NCBI GenBank assembly: GCA_050125095.1
Contig: JASFEA010000050.1
Location: 1 to 19,537, forward strand
DNA length: 19,537 nucleotides
From: a bacterium
GTDB lineage: Bacteria; Arandabacterota; Arandabacteria; Arandabacterales; JALGWA01
Direction: 5' to 3'
Shown here: one piece after another, positions 1-8,942 of the stretch
Numbering within the stretch: position 1 is the first letter of the stretch
How the letters are laid out: each line of letters starts with the position of its first letter
Position numbers and translations under genes: made by a program
Notes under the pieces: generated by a model
Database searches by the model: none
Told to the model about the DNA's origin: nothing
The model's input: only the letters and a program-made list of their open reading frames with translations

Positions 1-1
1 G

Positions 2-382
2 GGTAGGTCAGACCTGATGCTCATGATTCTTGAGGACATCTTCGGTCTGCCTTCAAACGGCACTGGCGGCGGCGGTACGACCGACGTTCCGAAGCGGACC
101 ACGTTCCAGTGGGCGCTTCACCAGAACGCGCCTAACCCGGTCGCCGGAGTCACCGAGGTACGTTATGAGGTGGCCCGCAAGAGCGATGTAAGCATCAAGG
201 TTTACAACGCCATGGGCCAGCTCGTGACGACCCTGGTCGACGGCCGAGTTGAGCCCGGTCGCTATGCTGCGCACTGGGACGGGAAGAACACTGCTGGCGA
301 GAGAGTCTCCAGCGGAGTGTACTTCTACAAGATGAATGCCGCGGGCTTCAACGCCACCAAGAAGATGCTTATCGTAAGGTAG
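2..382 (+). CDS. 5'-truncated secreted protein with C-terminal FlgD-Ig / T9SS type A sorting-like domain
   Basis: The frame is open from base 2 (GRSDLMLMIL...). A Gly/Thr linker (NGTGGGGTTDVP) precedes LHQNAPNP...VYNAMGQLVTTLVDG...WDGKNTAGERVSSGVYFYKM...KKMLIVR, the typical FlgD-Ig/secretion-tail signature. Confidence 0.85.
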   Translation, partial: GRSDLMLMILEDIFGLPSNGTGGGGTTDVPKRTTFQWALHQNAPNPVAGVTEVRYEVARKSDVSIKVYNAMGQLVTTLVDGRVEPGRYAAHWDGKNTAGERVSSGVYFYKMNAAGFNATKKMLIVR

Positions 383-405
383 CGTTGACCTCTGGTTGAC
401 ATCAT

Positions 406-441
406 ACCGGGGCTCTCGTCCTGAGAGCCCCGGTTGCTTTT
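406..441 (+). terminator. Rho-independent terminator
   Basis: Perfect 12-bp stem ACCGGGGCTCTC-gtcct-GAGAGCCCCGGT followed by TGCTTTT, 23 nt after the stop at 382. Confidence 0.85.
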
Positions 442-465
442 AGGCATAAAGGGGGCACGGGCTCC

Positions 466-494
466 TTCACGGGGGCCCCGTCCTATGATATGGT
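466..494 (+). promoter_or_regulatory. Putative sigma70 promoter for lipoprotein A
   Basis: TTCACG (466-471), 17-nt spacer, TATGGT (489-494) with extended -10 TG at 486-487. It lies downstream of the terminator. Confidence 0.4.
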
Positions 495-547
495 CCATGG
501 GAGCCGGGGTCCCGGCCGGGGATAAGGGGCCCGGTTCGGAGGGGGAG

Positions 548-2692
548 ATGCCGAATAGCCCGAAGATGAACGTCCGGAGGATCGCATGCGGTCTCGTGTC
601 CGCATGTTGCGTCGCGCTGGCTGTTGCCGGTTGTGGCGATGGGCCGGGCGGCACGAGAGTCGCCAATATGCCACCCGACACTCATGTCTCCTCGGGCCCG
701 GCGGACGGATCAGAGTCACCTTACAGGACGGCCGTCCACTGGTACGGCACCGACAGCGACGGTGATGTCGTCGGTTTTGAAGTGGCCGTTATCAGGGGCC
801 TGGGGCGGGAAGATCCGGCCGACCCCGAAGCTCTCCTGTGGACCCCGACGGCCTCCACCGAGAGCATCTTCGTGGTCGCCGCCGACTCTTGCTGCTACGG
901 GGGTTCGTCACGGCACGACCCGCAATACGCCGGCGCTTACTGGGGCATATTGATCAGGTCCGTCGACAATGAGGGCGCCAGGGATGAGTCCCCCGCGGGC
1001 GTGTTCTTCCTGGCATCCACCCTGGTGCCGCGGGTGAGTTTCGTAGTGCCGTATTCGAGCTACGGACTGCAGACCGTCGGCGCCCACGCATACCTCGCGT
1101 GGAAGGGTGAGGACCCCGATGGTGAGGACGAGAGACTCAGCTACAAATACCTCGTTGTTCCCGGGAGGATGCGCGACGACCTCTGGGACGGCGGCATACC
1201 GCCGCTTGAATACGAAGGGAGCGGCGACGCACCGCACATGTCCCCCGACCTGGGGGTCTGGAGCGAATGGGTGCCGGCCGACTGCACTTATGTCAGCGAC
1301 CTCGACCTCTCCGCCTTCATGATAGGCAGGGCATCCTACGACACGGTCTATGCCTACGTCACGGTCAGAGATCAGGCGGGGGCGGTACTGCCTGTAGAGC
1401 TCTTTGAGCTCTACAACTGGGAGCACAATATCCGCGCCCTGCGGGTAATCCGGTACTCAGGCGGAGTCAAAGTCATAATAGACGGGGGCAATCTGGGCGT
1501 GGTCGAGAGTTTCCACTGCGGCGGCTCCGCCGCGGACCCGCCCGCGATCTTCGAAGGCACGCCGGTCCGTTTCATCTTCTATGGAGATGAGGGGGTCGGT
1601 CTGGGGCATTTCGTGGAATCCTACCGCTATTACCTCGACGATCCCAATGGGCCGGCGTCGACATGGTCCTACTGGACGGGAGTCGCGCCGATCCGGGACC
1701 CCGCCGCCGACCCGCAGTGGAAAGTGAGGTACCCTGCGGACGGCGGGGAATTCTCGCCGTCTCTTGGCCTGCATGTCTTCGGCGTGGAGCTTCGGGACAT
1801 GCACAAGGACACCACCTGCGCGGAGATCTACTTCGACGTCATACCGGGGCCGGAGGGCCTTGAGCGCAATATCCTCCTTGTGGACGACGAGAGGCTCAAG
1901 TGGTGGGAGGGAAGCCTGGTCGCAGACTATGAGGACAGGGAATTCGAGATGTGGGCCGCTATACTGGACGGATACGACTGGCAGGAGTGGGACACGGGCC
2001 CGGCTTTCCAGGACCAGACTCCGGTGCGGCTTGTCGGAAGTGCGACCACGGTCATCTGGAGCGTGGACCGGGCTTTTTACAGTATGCCCGACCTGCTCGG
2101 GGTGTGCGCGCGCCGGGGCAACTATCTCCACTCCTATGTCAAGGCCGGGGGGAACCTGATTGTCATAGGCATGTCCCCGATATACTGCACCATGTTCTGG
2201 CCGGATGGCTACCCGGGATACAACCGCCGGATTTTCATGACCAATCTCCAGTTCCCGGAGTACCATTTCATGAGCGACGTGTTCGGGATAGACGGCATGG
2301 AGCTCAGGTCCTATTCCAATCCGAGCTATGTCTCGAGCATGGTGCCGGCTCCCGGTTATTATGATTGGCCGGAGATAGCCGCCAAGCCCAGGGGCGATGT
2401 GCGTAACTGGCCCGGGTTCTTCGATGAGGCCTTCCTGGTATCAGGAGTCAGGGCCGGAGCCGATGTGCATCCGGTCTATGCCATAGACCACGTTCTCAAT
2501 CCCGGGGCTCCGGAAAGCACATGGACGATTGAGACGGACCCGGGGCGCCTCGCCGCAGTCTACGTAGAAGGCGACGGCAAGCGCGGGGGGGCCGCCTATA
2601 TCTGCCTGCCGGCGTGGTGGCTGGAACGCGACGGGACTGCGGAAATGATACGCATGCTCCTCGACCTCTTCGGCGAGTCACCGGTGAAGTGA
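548..2692 (+). CDS. Lipoprotein A (714 aa), paralog of 2811 and 6736: Ig-like modules plus C-terminal alpha/beta domain
   Basis: ATG 548 follows GGAGGGGG. The signal peptide ends in the lipobox VAG-C. It shares colinear motifs with the other two paralogs (NxPPDTH, WYGxDxDG, ADSCCYG, WSEWVxADCTYV, NILLVDD, YDWQEWDTG, GGNLI, YIxLPA). The ORF-track start at 434 overlaps the terminator and is unlikely. Confidence 0.85.
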   Translation: MPNSPKMNVRRIACGLVSACCVALAVAGCGDGPGGTRVANMPPDTHVSSGPADGSESPYRTAVHWYGTDSDGDVVGFEVAVIRGLGREDPADPEALLWTPTASTESIFVVAADSCCYGGSSRHDPQYAGAYWGILIRSVDNEGARDESPAGVFFLASTLVPRVSFVVPYSSYGLQTVGAHAYLAWKGEDPDGEDERLSYKYLVVPGRMRDDLWDGGIPPLEYEGSGDAPHMSPDLGVWSEWVPADCTYVSDLDLSAFMIGRASYDTVYAYVTVRDQAGAVLPVELFELYNWEHNIRALRVIRYSGGVKVIIDGGNLGVVESFHCGGSAADPPAIFEGTPVRFIFYGDEGVGLGHFVESYRYYLDDPNGPASTWSYWTGVAPIRDPAADPQWKVRYPADGGEFSPSLGLHVFGVELRDMHKDTTCAEIYFDVIPGPEGLERNILLVDDERLKWWEGSLVADYEDREFEMWAAILDGYDWQEWDTGPAFQDQTPVRLVGSATTVIWSVDRAFYSMPDLLGVCARRGNYLHSYVKAGGNLIVIGMSPIYCTMFWPDGYPGYNRRIFMTNLQFPEYHFMSDVFGIDGMELRSYSNPSYVSSMVPAPGYYDWPEIAAKPRGDVRNWPGFFDEAFLVSGVRAGADVHPVYAIDHVLNPGAPESTWTIETDPGRLAAVYVEGDGKRGGAAYICLPAWWLERDGTAEMIRMLLDLFGESPVK

Positions 2693-2721
2693 GGCCGGTT
2701 TGCCCGGCCGGGCTTTCATTT
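2693..2721 (+). terminator. Possible weak terminator
   Basis: GGCCGG-tttgc-CCGGCC stem directly after the stop, overlapping the palindrome GCCCGGCCGGGC, followed by TTTCATTT. Confidence 0.35.
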
Positions 2722-2732
2722 GCGCCTCTCCG

Positions 2733-2775
2733 TTGTCTGAATTTAGTAGTATAGTATGGTAGATTAAATATATAA
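2733..2775 (+). promoter_or_regulatory. AT-rich putative promoter region for lipoprotein B
   Basis: AT-rich island in GC-rich DNA with TTGTCT (2733-2738) and several -10-like hexamers: TATAGT 2750, TATGGT 2755, TGG-TAGATT 2757-2765. Confidence 0.45.
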
Positions 2776-2810
2776 CCGGCGGCCGGGCACCGATTGAAAA
2801 GGAGCGAGAT

Positions 2811-4964
2811 ATGGGCAGATTGAGAAACGACCGGTGGGCTTCTGTGGGCCTGCTCTTCGCCCTGGTCGGCCTATTGGCGGCCCAGGGGTGCAGCGAGAAG
2901 GCGGGTGGCACGAGATATCCTAATGAGCCGCCGGACACCCACATCTCCAAGGGACCCTCCGAGACGATTCCCAATTACTACCGCGTGAGGATCTACTGGT
3001 ACGGCACGGATGCGGACGGAGACGTCGACCGGTACGAAGTCGCCGTCAAGAGGGGCCTGAGACGGGGCCAGCCAATAGACCTCGAGCACCTGGACTGGTC
3101 GCCCACGACTGCCAATGACAGCACTTTTGTGGTGGCCGCGGATTCATGTTGTTACGGCGACCCCGAGCCCGGGGACCCTTATTACGCCCTGGCCTACTGG
3201 GGCGTCCTCGTGCGCGCCGTGGACAATGAGAACGGGGTCGATGAGACGCCGGCGAGTGTCTTCTTCCTCGCTTCAAACGAAATACCGCTTGTCGAGATCA
3301 AAGCGCCGCCGAATGGCCCGTTCGAGCCGGGCATATGCACGATGCCCTATTTCGAATGGGAGGGTACGGACCCTGACGGCGACAAGACAGGCCTGGAGTA
3401 TAAGTACCTTGCGTTGCCTCATGCCGTGAGCCGGGACCAGTGGGGGGGCGGCCTGCCGCCATATGATCACGAAGGGGGCGGTGAGGGCAACGCGGCTCCC
3501 GAGCCCGGCACCTGGAGCGAATGGGTGCCGGCCGACTGCACATATGTCAACGATATCGACCTTTCGGAGTTCGCGATCGGCGAGGCAGGTGAAGACACGG
3601 TCAGTTTCATAGTGACAGTAAAAGACGAGGGAGGCGCCTTCCTGCCCCCCGAACTCTTCAGCACCTACAACGAGGATAGGAACCTGCGCACACTCAGGGT
3701 ATTCCCCGGGGGCTGCGGTCCGATTCTGGGAGTTGTGGAGAGCGACAGGCTCGGCATCGCCAAGAGCGTGGAGTGCGAGGGTCCTCCGGCCGAGACACCG
3801 GCGTTGTTCGCGGGCGCCGGCATATATATACGATTTTTCGCCCTGGAAGACCGGGAGACGAGCCGCATGGCCCAGGCCTACCGGTACTATTTCGACACGC
3901 CCGACAACCCGTACTCGAGCTGGCCCCAGTGGACGAATGTCGCTCCTCTCCGGGATGTCGGGGCCGAGCCCGAGTGGGACGCCATCTGGCCCCCTGCGGG
4001 TCCGCGTTTCGCGCCCGAAGTCGGGCAGCATGTATTCCGGCTCGAGCTTGAGGTCCGGGGCGGGGACACGACATGTGTCGAGCTTTACCTCGACGTGCTT
4101 GCGGGGCCGGAAGAGGCCGAGCCCAATATCCTCCTGGTGGATGACGACAGGAGCAGGTGGTGGGCCGGCGCTTCAATCCCCGATTACGAAGACCAGGAGC
4201 TGGCCATGTGGTCTGACATATTGGAGGGCTACGACTGGCAGGAATGGGACACGGGATTCAACTTCGACCAGCCTGTCCCGCCTCAACTGGTCGGAGGGGC
4301 GACGACGGTGATCTGGAGCGTCGATGACGGTCAGGAGCTGACCCCGGACCTCTTCCATCTGTGCACCGAGAGGGGGAATCACCTGCACTCCTACGTGGAT
4401 GCGGGGGGAAACCTCATTGTCATCGGCAGATCGCCGGTGTACTGCACCATGTACTGGTACGACGGCACGCCCGAGCCGGGCAACCGGCAGAGCCTGACGC
4501 ATGTGGAGTTCGAGCCCAGGGACCTGGATGACACGCGCTCTTTCACGCATTTCATGTGGGACATCTTCGGAGTCAAGGCTATGCAGCTGACCTATGCGCC
4601 CCGGCCGGACTACGTCACGGCACTGGAGCCGAATGAGGGCTATGAGGGCTGGGGTGAGGTTGAGGTGAGGTCCAAGGACGATATAGAGGGCTGGCCGGGA
4701 TATTTCACGGGCGCCTTCGTCGCCTCGCAGCTCAGGCCGGGCGAGGATGTCCACCCGTTCTATGGTATCCGGCACGTGGTGAATCCGTCCGCCCCTGATT
4801 CGGAATGGGTGGAGACGGTGGACCTCAACAAGGTGGCCGGGGTCTATGTAGAGGGAGACGGGACGAGGGGGTGGGCGGCTTATATCTGTCTTCCGGCGTG
4901 GTGGTTCGACCACGACCAGATAAAGGCAGTGATCCGGGGCCTCCTCCAGGAGTTCGGGGAGTGA
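2811..4964 (+). CDS. Lipoprotein B (717 aa), paralog of 548 and 6736
   Basis: RBS AAAGGAG; signal peptide MGRLRNDRWASVGLLFALVGLLAAQG-C; same ordered motifs as A and D; ends LLQEFGE, like LLDLFGE (A) and LLEIFGE (D). Confidence 0.88.
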   Translation: MGRLRNDRWASVGLLFALVGLLAAQGCSEKAGGTRYPNEPPDTHISKGPSETIPNYYRVRIYWYGTDADGDVDRYEVAVKRGLRRGQPIDLEHLDWSPTTANDSTFVVAADSCCYGDPEPGDPYYALAYWGVLVRAVDNENGVDETPASVFFLASNEIPLVEIKAPPNGPFEPGICTMPYFEWEGTDPDGDKTGLEYKYLALPHAVSRDQWGGGLPPYDHEGGGEGNAAPEPGTWSEWVPADCTYVNDIDLSEFAIGEAGEDTVSFIVTVKDEGGAFLPPELFSTYNEDRNLRTLRVFPGGCGPILGVVESDRLGIAKSVECEGPPAETPALFAGAGIYIRFFALEDRETSRMAQAYRYYFDTPDNPYSSWPQWTNVAPLRDVGAEPEWDAIWPPAGPRFAPEVGQHVFRLELEVRGGDTTCVELYLDVLAGPEEAEPNILLVDDDRSRWWAGASIPDYEDQELAMWSDILEGYDWQEWDTGFNFDQPVPPQLVGGATTVIWSVDDGQELTPDLFHLCTERGNHLHSYVDAGGNLIVIGRSPVYCTMYWYDGTPEPGNRQSLTHVEFEPRDLDDTRSFTHFMWDIFGVKAMQLTYAPRPDYVTALEPNEGYEGWGEVEVRSKDDIEGWPGYFTGAFVASQLRPGEDVHPFYGIRHVVNPSAPDSEWVETVDLNKVAGVYVEGDGTRGWAAYICLPAWWFDHDQIKAVIRGLLQEFGE

Positions 4965-5018
4965 GTTTTGCACCGCAAGTCGCTGTGCTGCCTCACGTTG
5001 GCCTGGGGGGATTTTAGG

Positions 5019-5048
5019 TTGACAAATTTGGAAGCGTTTGGTTATAGT
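5019..5048 (+). promoter_or_regulatory. Sigma70-type promoter for the 5121-10361 unit
   Basis: TTGACA (5019-5024), 18-nt spacer, TATAGT (5043-5048). Confidence 0.7.
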
Positions 5049-5120
5049 TTCGTGGATTAACGGGAAATTACGCGCCTTAACACTGCCTTTGCAGGCTTTT
5101 GTTCAGGGGGACTAGTGCAA

Positions 5121-6713
5121 ATGGGGAAGTCTATCGCTAGAAGAAGGTATTTGCTCGTCTGGGGCCTTGTCCTGGTGGGCCTTTTCATTCTCGCGGGATG
5201 TGAAGATGATGAGGGAGTCAGGCCTGATATCAATCGTCCGCCTGAGACGTCTCTGGCAGTCGCGCCCCGGCCCGGGACCGAGGTTTTCCATAAGTACCAG
5301 GTCAACTGGGTCGGCACCGACAGGGACGGCGTGGTTGAGCGCTACCGCATCGCCACCATGCCGGAGGAGGAGCTCTACGGCGGTCTCATAGACCCTGAGG
5401 ACATTCAGGCCTTCCTCTTCGACATACTTTTTGACCCGGACAACCCGGGCTCCACCTGGTTCGAGACCGACACGACCGAGAGCCTGTTCGTATTCAGCGC
5501 GGACAGTCCCAACTCCAAGAAGCACAGCCTGTATATATCGGCGGTGGACAATGAGGGCAAGCTCGACCTCTCGCCCGCGGCCACCAACTTCATGGCCATC
5601 GATTTCGGGCTGCCGCAGATAGAAATCTACATATCAAGCAATGTCGACCCGGACTGGAAGGTGCCGCCCTCCAAGGGCGATACGCTTCCCGCCTACAACG
5701 AGGGCAGCGAGGTCGAAGTCCGCGTCAAGTGGGAAGGCTACGATCCGGACGGCGACATAGCACAGTGGCAGTACAGGCTCGATTCGAGCGCGGTGCGGAG
5801 CAGGGCGGCGGGCGCGCCTGGTCCGGACGGCGTGTACAGGGACAGCCTGACATTCGTGTACGACCCCGATGACCCTCTCGGCAGCGACGTGTGGATCGGC
5901 TACCACGAGTTCAAGCTGGTGGCCATCGACGACGCCAACGCCCGGAGCGACGACTACCTGGCGCGTTTCATAATCAATTACGACCCGGACACCTACGTGG
6001 ACAGCGTCTGGGCCTTCCGCGTCTCAAAACAGGATACTGTTCCCGAAGTACTCATATACCCCACTGACGGAGCGCAGCAGCCGGTCTGGCATTTCGGGCG
6101 CGTCCGGTTCAAGTTCCACGGTACCGACCGGGACAAATTCCCGGATACGGAGGTCTCCCCTGAGTATTTCACGTGGAGGGTGAAGGGGACAGTGATCTAC
6201 TCCAGTCCCACATGGCTATCCAAGCCGACCGGCGAATATATCGGAGGCCAGCCGGTATATGCGGATACCATACCGGCAGCATTCAGTCTCGATACCGATG
6301 CGCCGCTGGAGCTTCTCATCCGCGCGCGCGATGAGCTGGGTACCATAGACGGAACGCCGGCCTCGCTGGTGTTCGCGGTTAACTACTCACCGGAAATCGG
6401 AAACATCACCTGGGAACAGACGGGGCTCGGGACGGTGCTCTTCGAGTGGGAATCCTCAGATCCCGACGAGGACTATGGATGGGGGCCGTCAGGCATCGCG
6501 GCCCTGATCAACTACAGGTATCGCATAGATAAGGGACCATGGCGGGTCTTTGATAAGCAGACCGACCTTGACCCGATAACGAAGCACTTCGTCAAGTTCG
6601 TTGAAGTCGAAGACCTGGAGCCGGGAGACCACACATTCACTCTGCAGGCCTACAACAAGGACTACTTCACGTCCAGGTCCGACGAAATGATCATAGATTT
6701 CCATGTTGATTAA
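5121..6713 (+). CDS. Lipoprotein C (~530 aa), about four tandem Ig/FN3-like modules, distant relative of A/B/D
   Basis: Lipobox ILAG-C followed by acidic EDDE. The repeated module NxxPxT/I...(W/F)xGxDxD...AxDxxG starts at NRPPET, GLPQI, NYDPDT and NYSPEI. The start could also be GTG 5115. Confidence 0.85.
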   Translation: MGKSIARRRYLLVWGLVLVGLFILAGCEDDEGVRPDINRPPETSLAVAPRPGTEVFHKYQVNWVGTDRDGVVERYRIATMPEEELYGGLIDPEDIQAFLFDILFDPDNPGSTWFETDTTESLFVFSADSPNSKKHSLYISAVDNEGKLDLSPAATNFMAIDFGLPQIEIYISSNVDPDWKVPPSKGDTLPAYNEGSEVEVRVKWEGYDPDGDIAQWQYRLDSSAVRSRAAGAPGPDGVYRDSLTFVYDPDDPLGSDVWIGYHEFKLVAIDDANARSDDYLARFIINYDPDTYVDSVWAFRVSKQDTVPEVLIYPTDGAQQPVWHFGRVRFKFHGTDRDKFPDTEVSPEYFTWRVKGTVIYSSPTWLSKPTGEYIGGQPVYADTIPAAFSLDTDAPLELLIRARDELGTIDGTPASLVFAVNYSPEIGNITWEQTGLGTVLFEWESSDPDEDYGWGPSGIAALINYRYRIDKGPWRVFDKQTDLDPITKHFVKFVEVEDLEPGDHTFTLQAYNKDYFTSRSDEMIIDFHVD

Positions 6714-6735
6714 CTTATAGAGGGAGGTGTCGACG

Positions 6736-8901
6736 ATGGGTAAGAGAATGGGAAAGAGGCTGATTTTCTTCTGCATACTGACGGCCTGCTGCGCCGCCTT
6801 CCTCATCAGCGGCTGCAGCGAAAAGGGGACTGGCGACAGAAGACCCAACTTACTTCCCGATACACATATCTCCTATGGACCGGCGGAAGACTCCTTGACG
6901 TTTTACAGGATCCAGGTTTTCTGGTATGGCTCCGACGTGGACGGCGATGTCGACTATTTCGAGATTGCGACCGTCAAGAATCTGCGAAGCGGGCAGGCGG
7001 ACTCTATCGATCTAGAGAACCTCGACTGGGGATTTACGGCGTCCAAGGAGAGCACGTTCGTAGTGGAGGCGGACTCGTGCTGTTATGGCGAGCCAGATGA
7101 GAACGACCCGCATTATGCGACGTCCTTCTGGGGGATTCTCATAAGGTCGGTCGATAATGAGGGCGAAGCCGACGACAGCCCTGCCGGCGTTTTCCTGCAG
7201 GCCTCAAACCTGATACCCAGGGCCAGGATCAGGATACCTCAGTCGAGCCCCGGTCTCCAGTCGGTGCCGCCCAGGCCCTATGTGCTCTGGGAAGGGTCCG
7301 ACGACGACGGTGATGAGACCCGGCTGCAGTACAAGTATCTCATCATTCCGCGGGCCATGAAGAACGAGCTGTGGGGCGGCGGGGTGCCGCCGCTGACCTA
7401 TGAGGGAAGCGGGGGGCCGTCCCAGTCGCCCGATGTGGGTTTATGGAGCGAGTGGGTGGAGGCTGACTGTACCTACGTCAGGGATGTCGACCTGTCGCCT
7501 TACAAGATCAATACGGCCGGGCAGGATGCGGTTTACCTTTATGTCACGGTAAAGGACGAGGGCGGGGCCTTTCTGCCGCCCGAGCTGTTCGAGACCTATA
7601 ACGAAGGCAATAATATCCGTGGTATGCAAGTTCTCCAGACGGGTGCGGGTGTAAAGGTAGTCGTCGAGGGCGAAGGCATGGGAGTGGTGGAATACTTCGA
7701 TTGTGCCGGGAGGCCCGAGTCTCCTCCGGCTGTCTTCGCGGGGACCCCCGTATCCATGAGATTCTGGGGCAGGGAGAGCACCCAGCAGGGCAAGCTGACC
7801 GAGTCCTACAGGTACTACTTGGACGAGTACAACGACCCGTCATCGCGCTGGAACTTCTGGACCAGCGTCGAGAACCTGAGAGACCCGGCGAACAATCCCC
7901 AGTGGAGGGTGAGAGTCCCCGCTCAGGGCAGATTCATCCCGACGATAGGCTCGCATGTATTCGGCGTCCAGCTGAGGGACTTCAACCGTGATACGACTTG
8001 CTGTGAGTTCCACTTCGACGTCCTGCCGGGCCCCGAGGGCAGGGAGACCAACATCCTGCTCGTGGACGATTACTCCAACCGCGGCTTCGAGGGCATATAT
8101 ATACCCGACTTCGAGGAGCAGGAGTTCGCCATGTGGTCGGAAATTCTGGAAGGCTACGACTGGCAGGAATGGGACACCGGATTCAACTTCAACGAAGAGA
8201 CGCCCGTCCGGTTGGTCGGAGGAGCGACAACGGTAATCTGGAGCGTGGACCTCGGCTCGGAGCTCGCGCCTGACCTGTTCACCCTCTGTTCGGAGAGGGG
8301 CAATTACCTGCAGTCCTATGTGAAAGTGGGGGGCAACCTTATTATCATCGGGTTCTCCCCCATATACTGCACCATGTACTGGCCCGACGGTACGCCGGAA
8401 CCCGGCCTGAGGCAGAACGTCACCGATATAGACTTCTCGCCCAGGGTGACCGGGACGGACACGACCTATCACTTCATGTGGGACACATTCGGCGTCAAGA
8501 GAATGCAGCTGAGCGGCTACCCCATCTATTATGTGGACGGGCTGCTGCCATGTGAGCCCCATCTGGACTGGGATTACCTGCCCGTTGTGGAAAAGGGCCA
8601 GTACCACCGCAACTGGCGGGGTTATGTTGCAGGTCCCTTCCTGATGACTGAATTCAGGCAGAGCGCAAACGTCAACACGTTCTACGGCGTGCATAGAATA
8701 GAGCAGCCCTGGGGCCCGCCCGAGAACTGGGAGTATGTCGACGACTGCACCAACATGGCCGGCGTGTACGTGAGCGGCGACGCCAACCGCGGCTATGCGG
8801 CCTATATAAACCTGCCGGCTTTCTGGCTGGATCATGAGCAGCTCAGGATCACGATAAGAAGGCTTCTAGAGATATTCGGAGAGTACCCTCAGGAGCAGTG
8901 A
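6736..8901 (+). CDS. Lipoprotein D (721 aa), paralog of 548 and 2811
   Basis: RBS AGGGAGGT before ATG 6736; lipobox LISG-C; same motif series as A and B. Confidence 0.88.
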   Translation: MGKRMGKRLIFFCILTACCAAFLISGCSEKGTGDRRPNLLPDTHISYGPAEDSLTFYRIQVFWYGSDVDGDVDYFEIATVKNLRSGQADSIDLENLDWGFTASKESTFVVEADSCCYGEPDENDPHYATSFWGILIRSVDNEGEADDSPAGVFLQASNLIPRARIRIPQSSPGLQSVPPRPYVLWEGSDDDGDETRLQYKYLIIPRAMKNELWGGGVPPLTYEGSGGPSQSPDVGLWSEWVEADCTYVRDVDLSPYKINTAGQDAVYLYVTVKDEGGAFLPPELFETYNEGNNIRGMQVLQTGAGVKVVVEGEGMGVVEYFDCAGRPESPPAVFAGTPVSMRFWGRESTQQGKLTESYRYYLDEYNDPSSRWNFWTSVENLRDPANNPQWRVRVPAQGRFIPTIGSHVFGVQLRDFNRDTTCCEFHFDVLPGPEGRETNILLVDDYSNRGFEGIYIPDFEEQEFAMWSEILEGYDWQEWDTGFNFNEETPVRLVGGATTVIWSVDLGSELAPDLFTLCSERGNYLQSYVKVGGNLIIIGFSPIYCTMYWPDGTPEPGLRQNVTDIDFSPRVTGTDTTYHFMWDTFGVKRMQLSGYPIYYVDGLLPCEPHLDWDYLPVVEKGQYHRNWRGYVAGPFLMTEFRQSANVNTFYGVHRIEQPWGPPENWEYVDDCTNMAGVYVSGDANRGYAAYINLPAFWLDHEQLRITIRRLLEIFGEYPQEQ

Positions 8902-8942
8902 GATATCAATAGCTTACATACAGTGCCGAGTCGGAGGTTAGA

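Noticed and set aside
385-401. Tandem GTTGAC repeat including a perfect TTGACA at 396-401
   Set aside because: There is no -10 hexamer at the proper spacing, and it lies just upstream of the terminator stem.
434-547. N-terminal extension of lipoprotein A in the ORF track
   Set aside because: It starts inside the terminator and would bury the signal peptide. ATG 548 has an RBS and matches the paralog lengths. The extensions at 10565, 12150, 14127 and 18463 were trimmed for similar RBS or promoter reasons.
1868-1890. NILLVDD read as a response-regulator receiver domain in the lipoproteins
   Set aside because: The downstream receiver motifs are absent and the proteins are exported.
1258-3541. 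30-nt exact repeat (1258-1287 = 3512-3541) and a 26-nt exact repeat between B and D (from 4227 and 8152), considered as gene conversion, DGR template or CRISPR repeats
   Set aside because: Both encode the most conserved Trp-rich motifs (WSEWVPADCT, GYDWQEWDT) in a GC-biased genome. There is no regular spacing, no adenine-specific variation and no reverse transcriptase or cas gene.
4965-5120. Sigma-54 (-24/-12) promoters in this and the other intergenic regions that would link the activator to the lipoprotein cluster
   Set aside because: I saw no TGGCAC-N5-TTGC-like site by eye, and the visible promoters are sigma70-type. A PWM scan would be needed to exclude it fully.
2690-8901. TGA stops of A, B and D as selenocysteine read-through
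   Set aside because: All three paralogs end at the equivalent FGE motif, so these are genuine termini.
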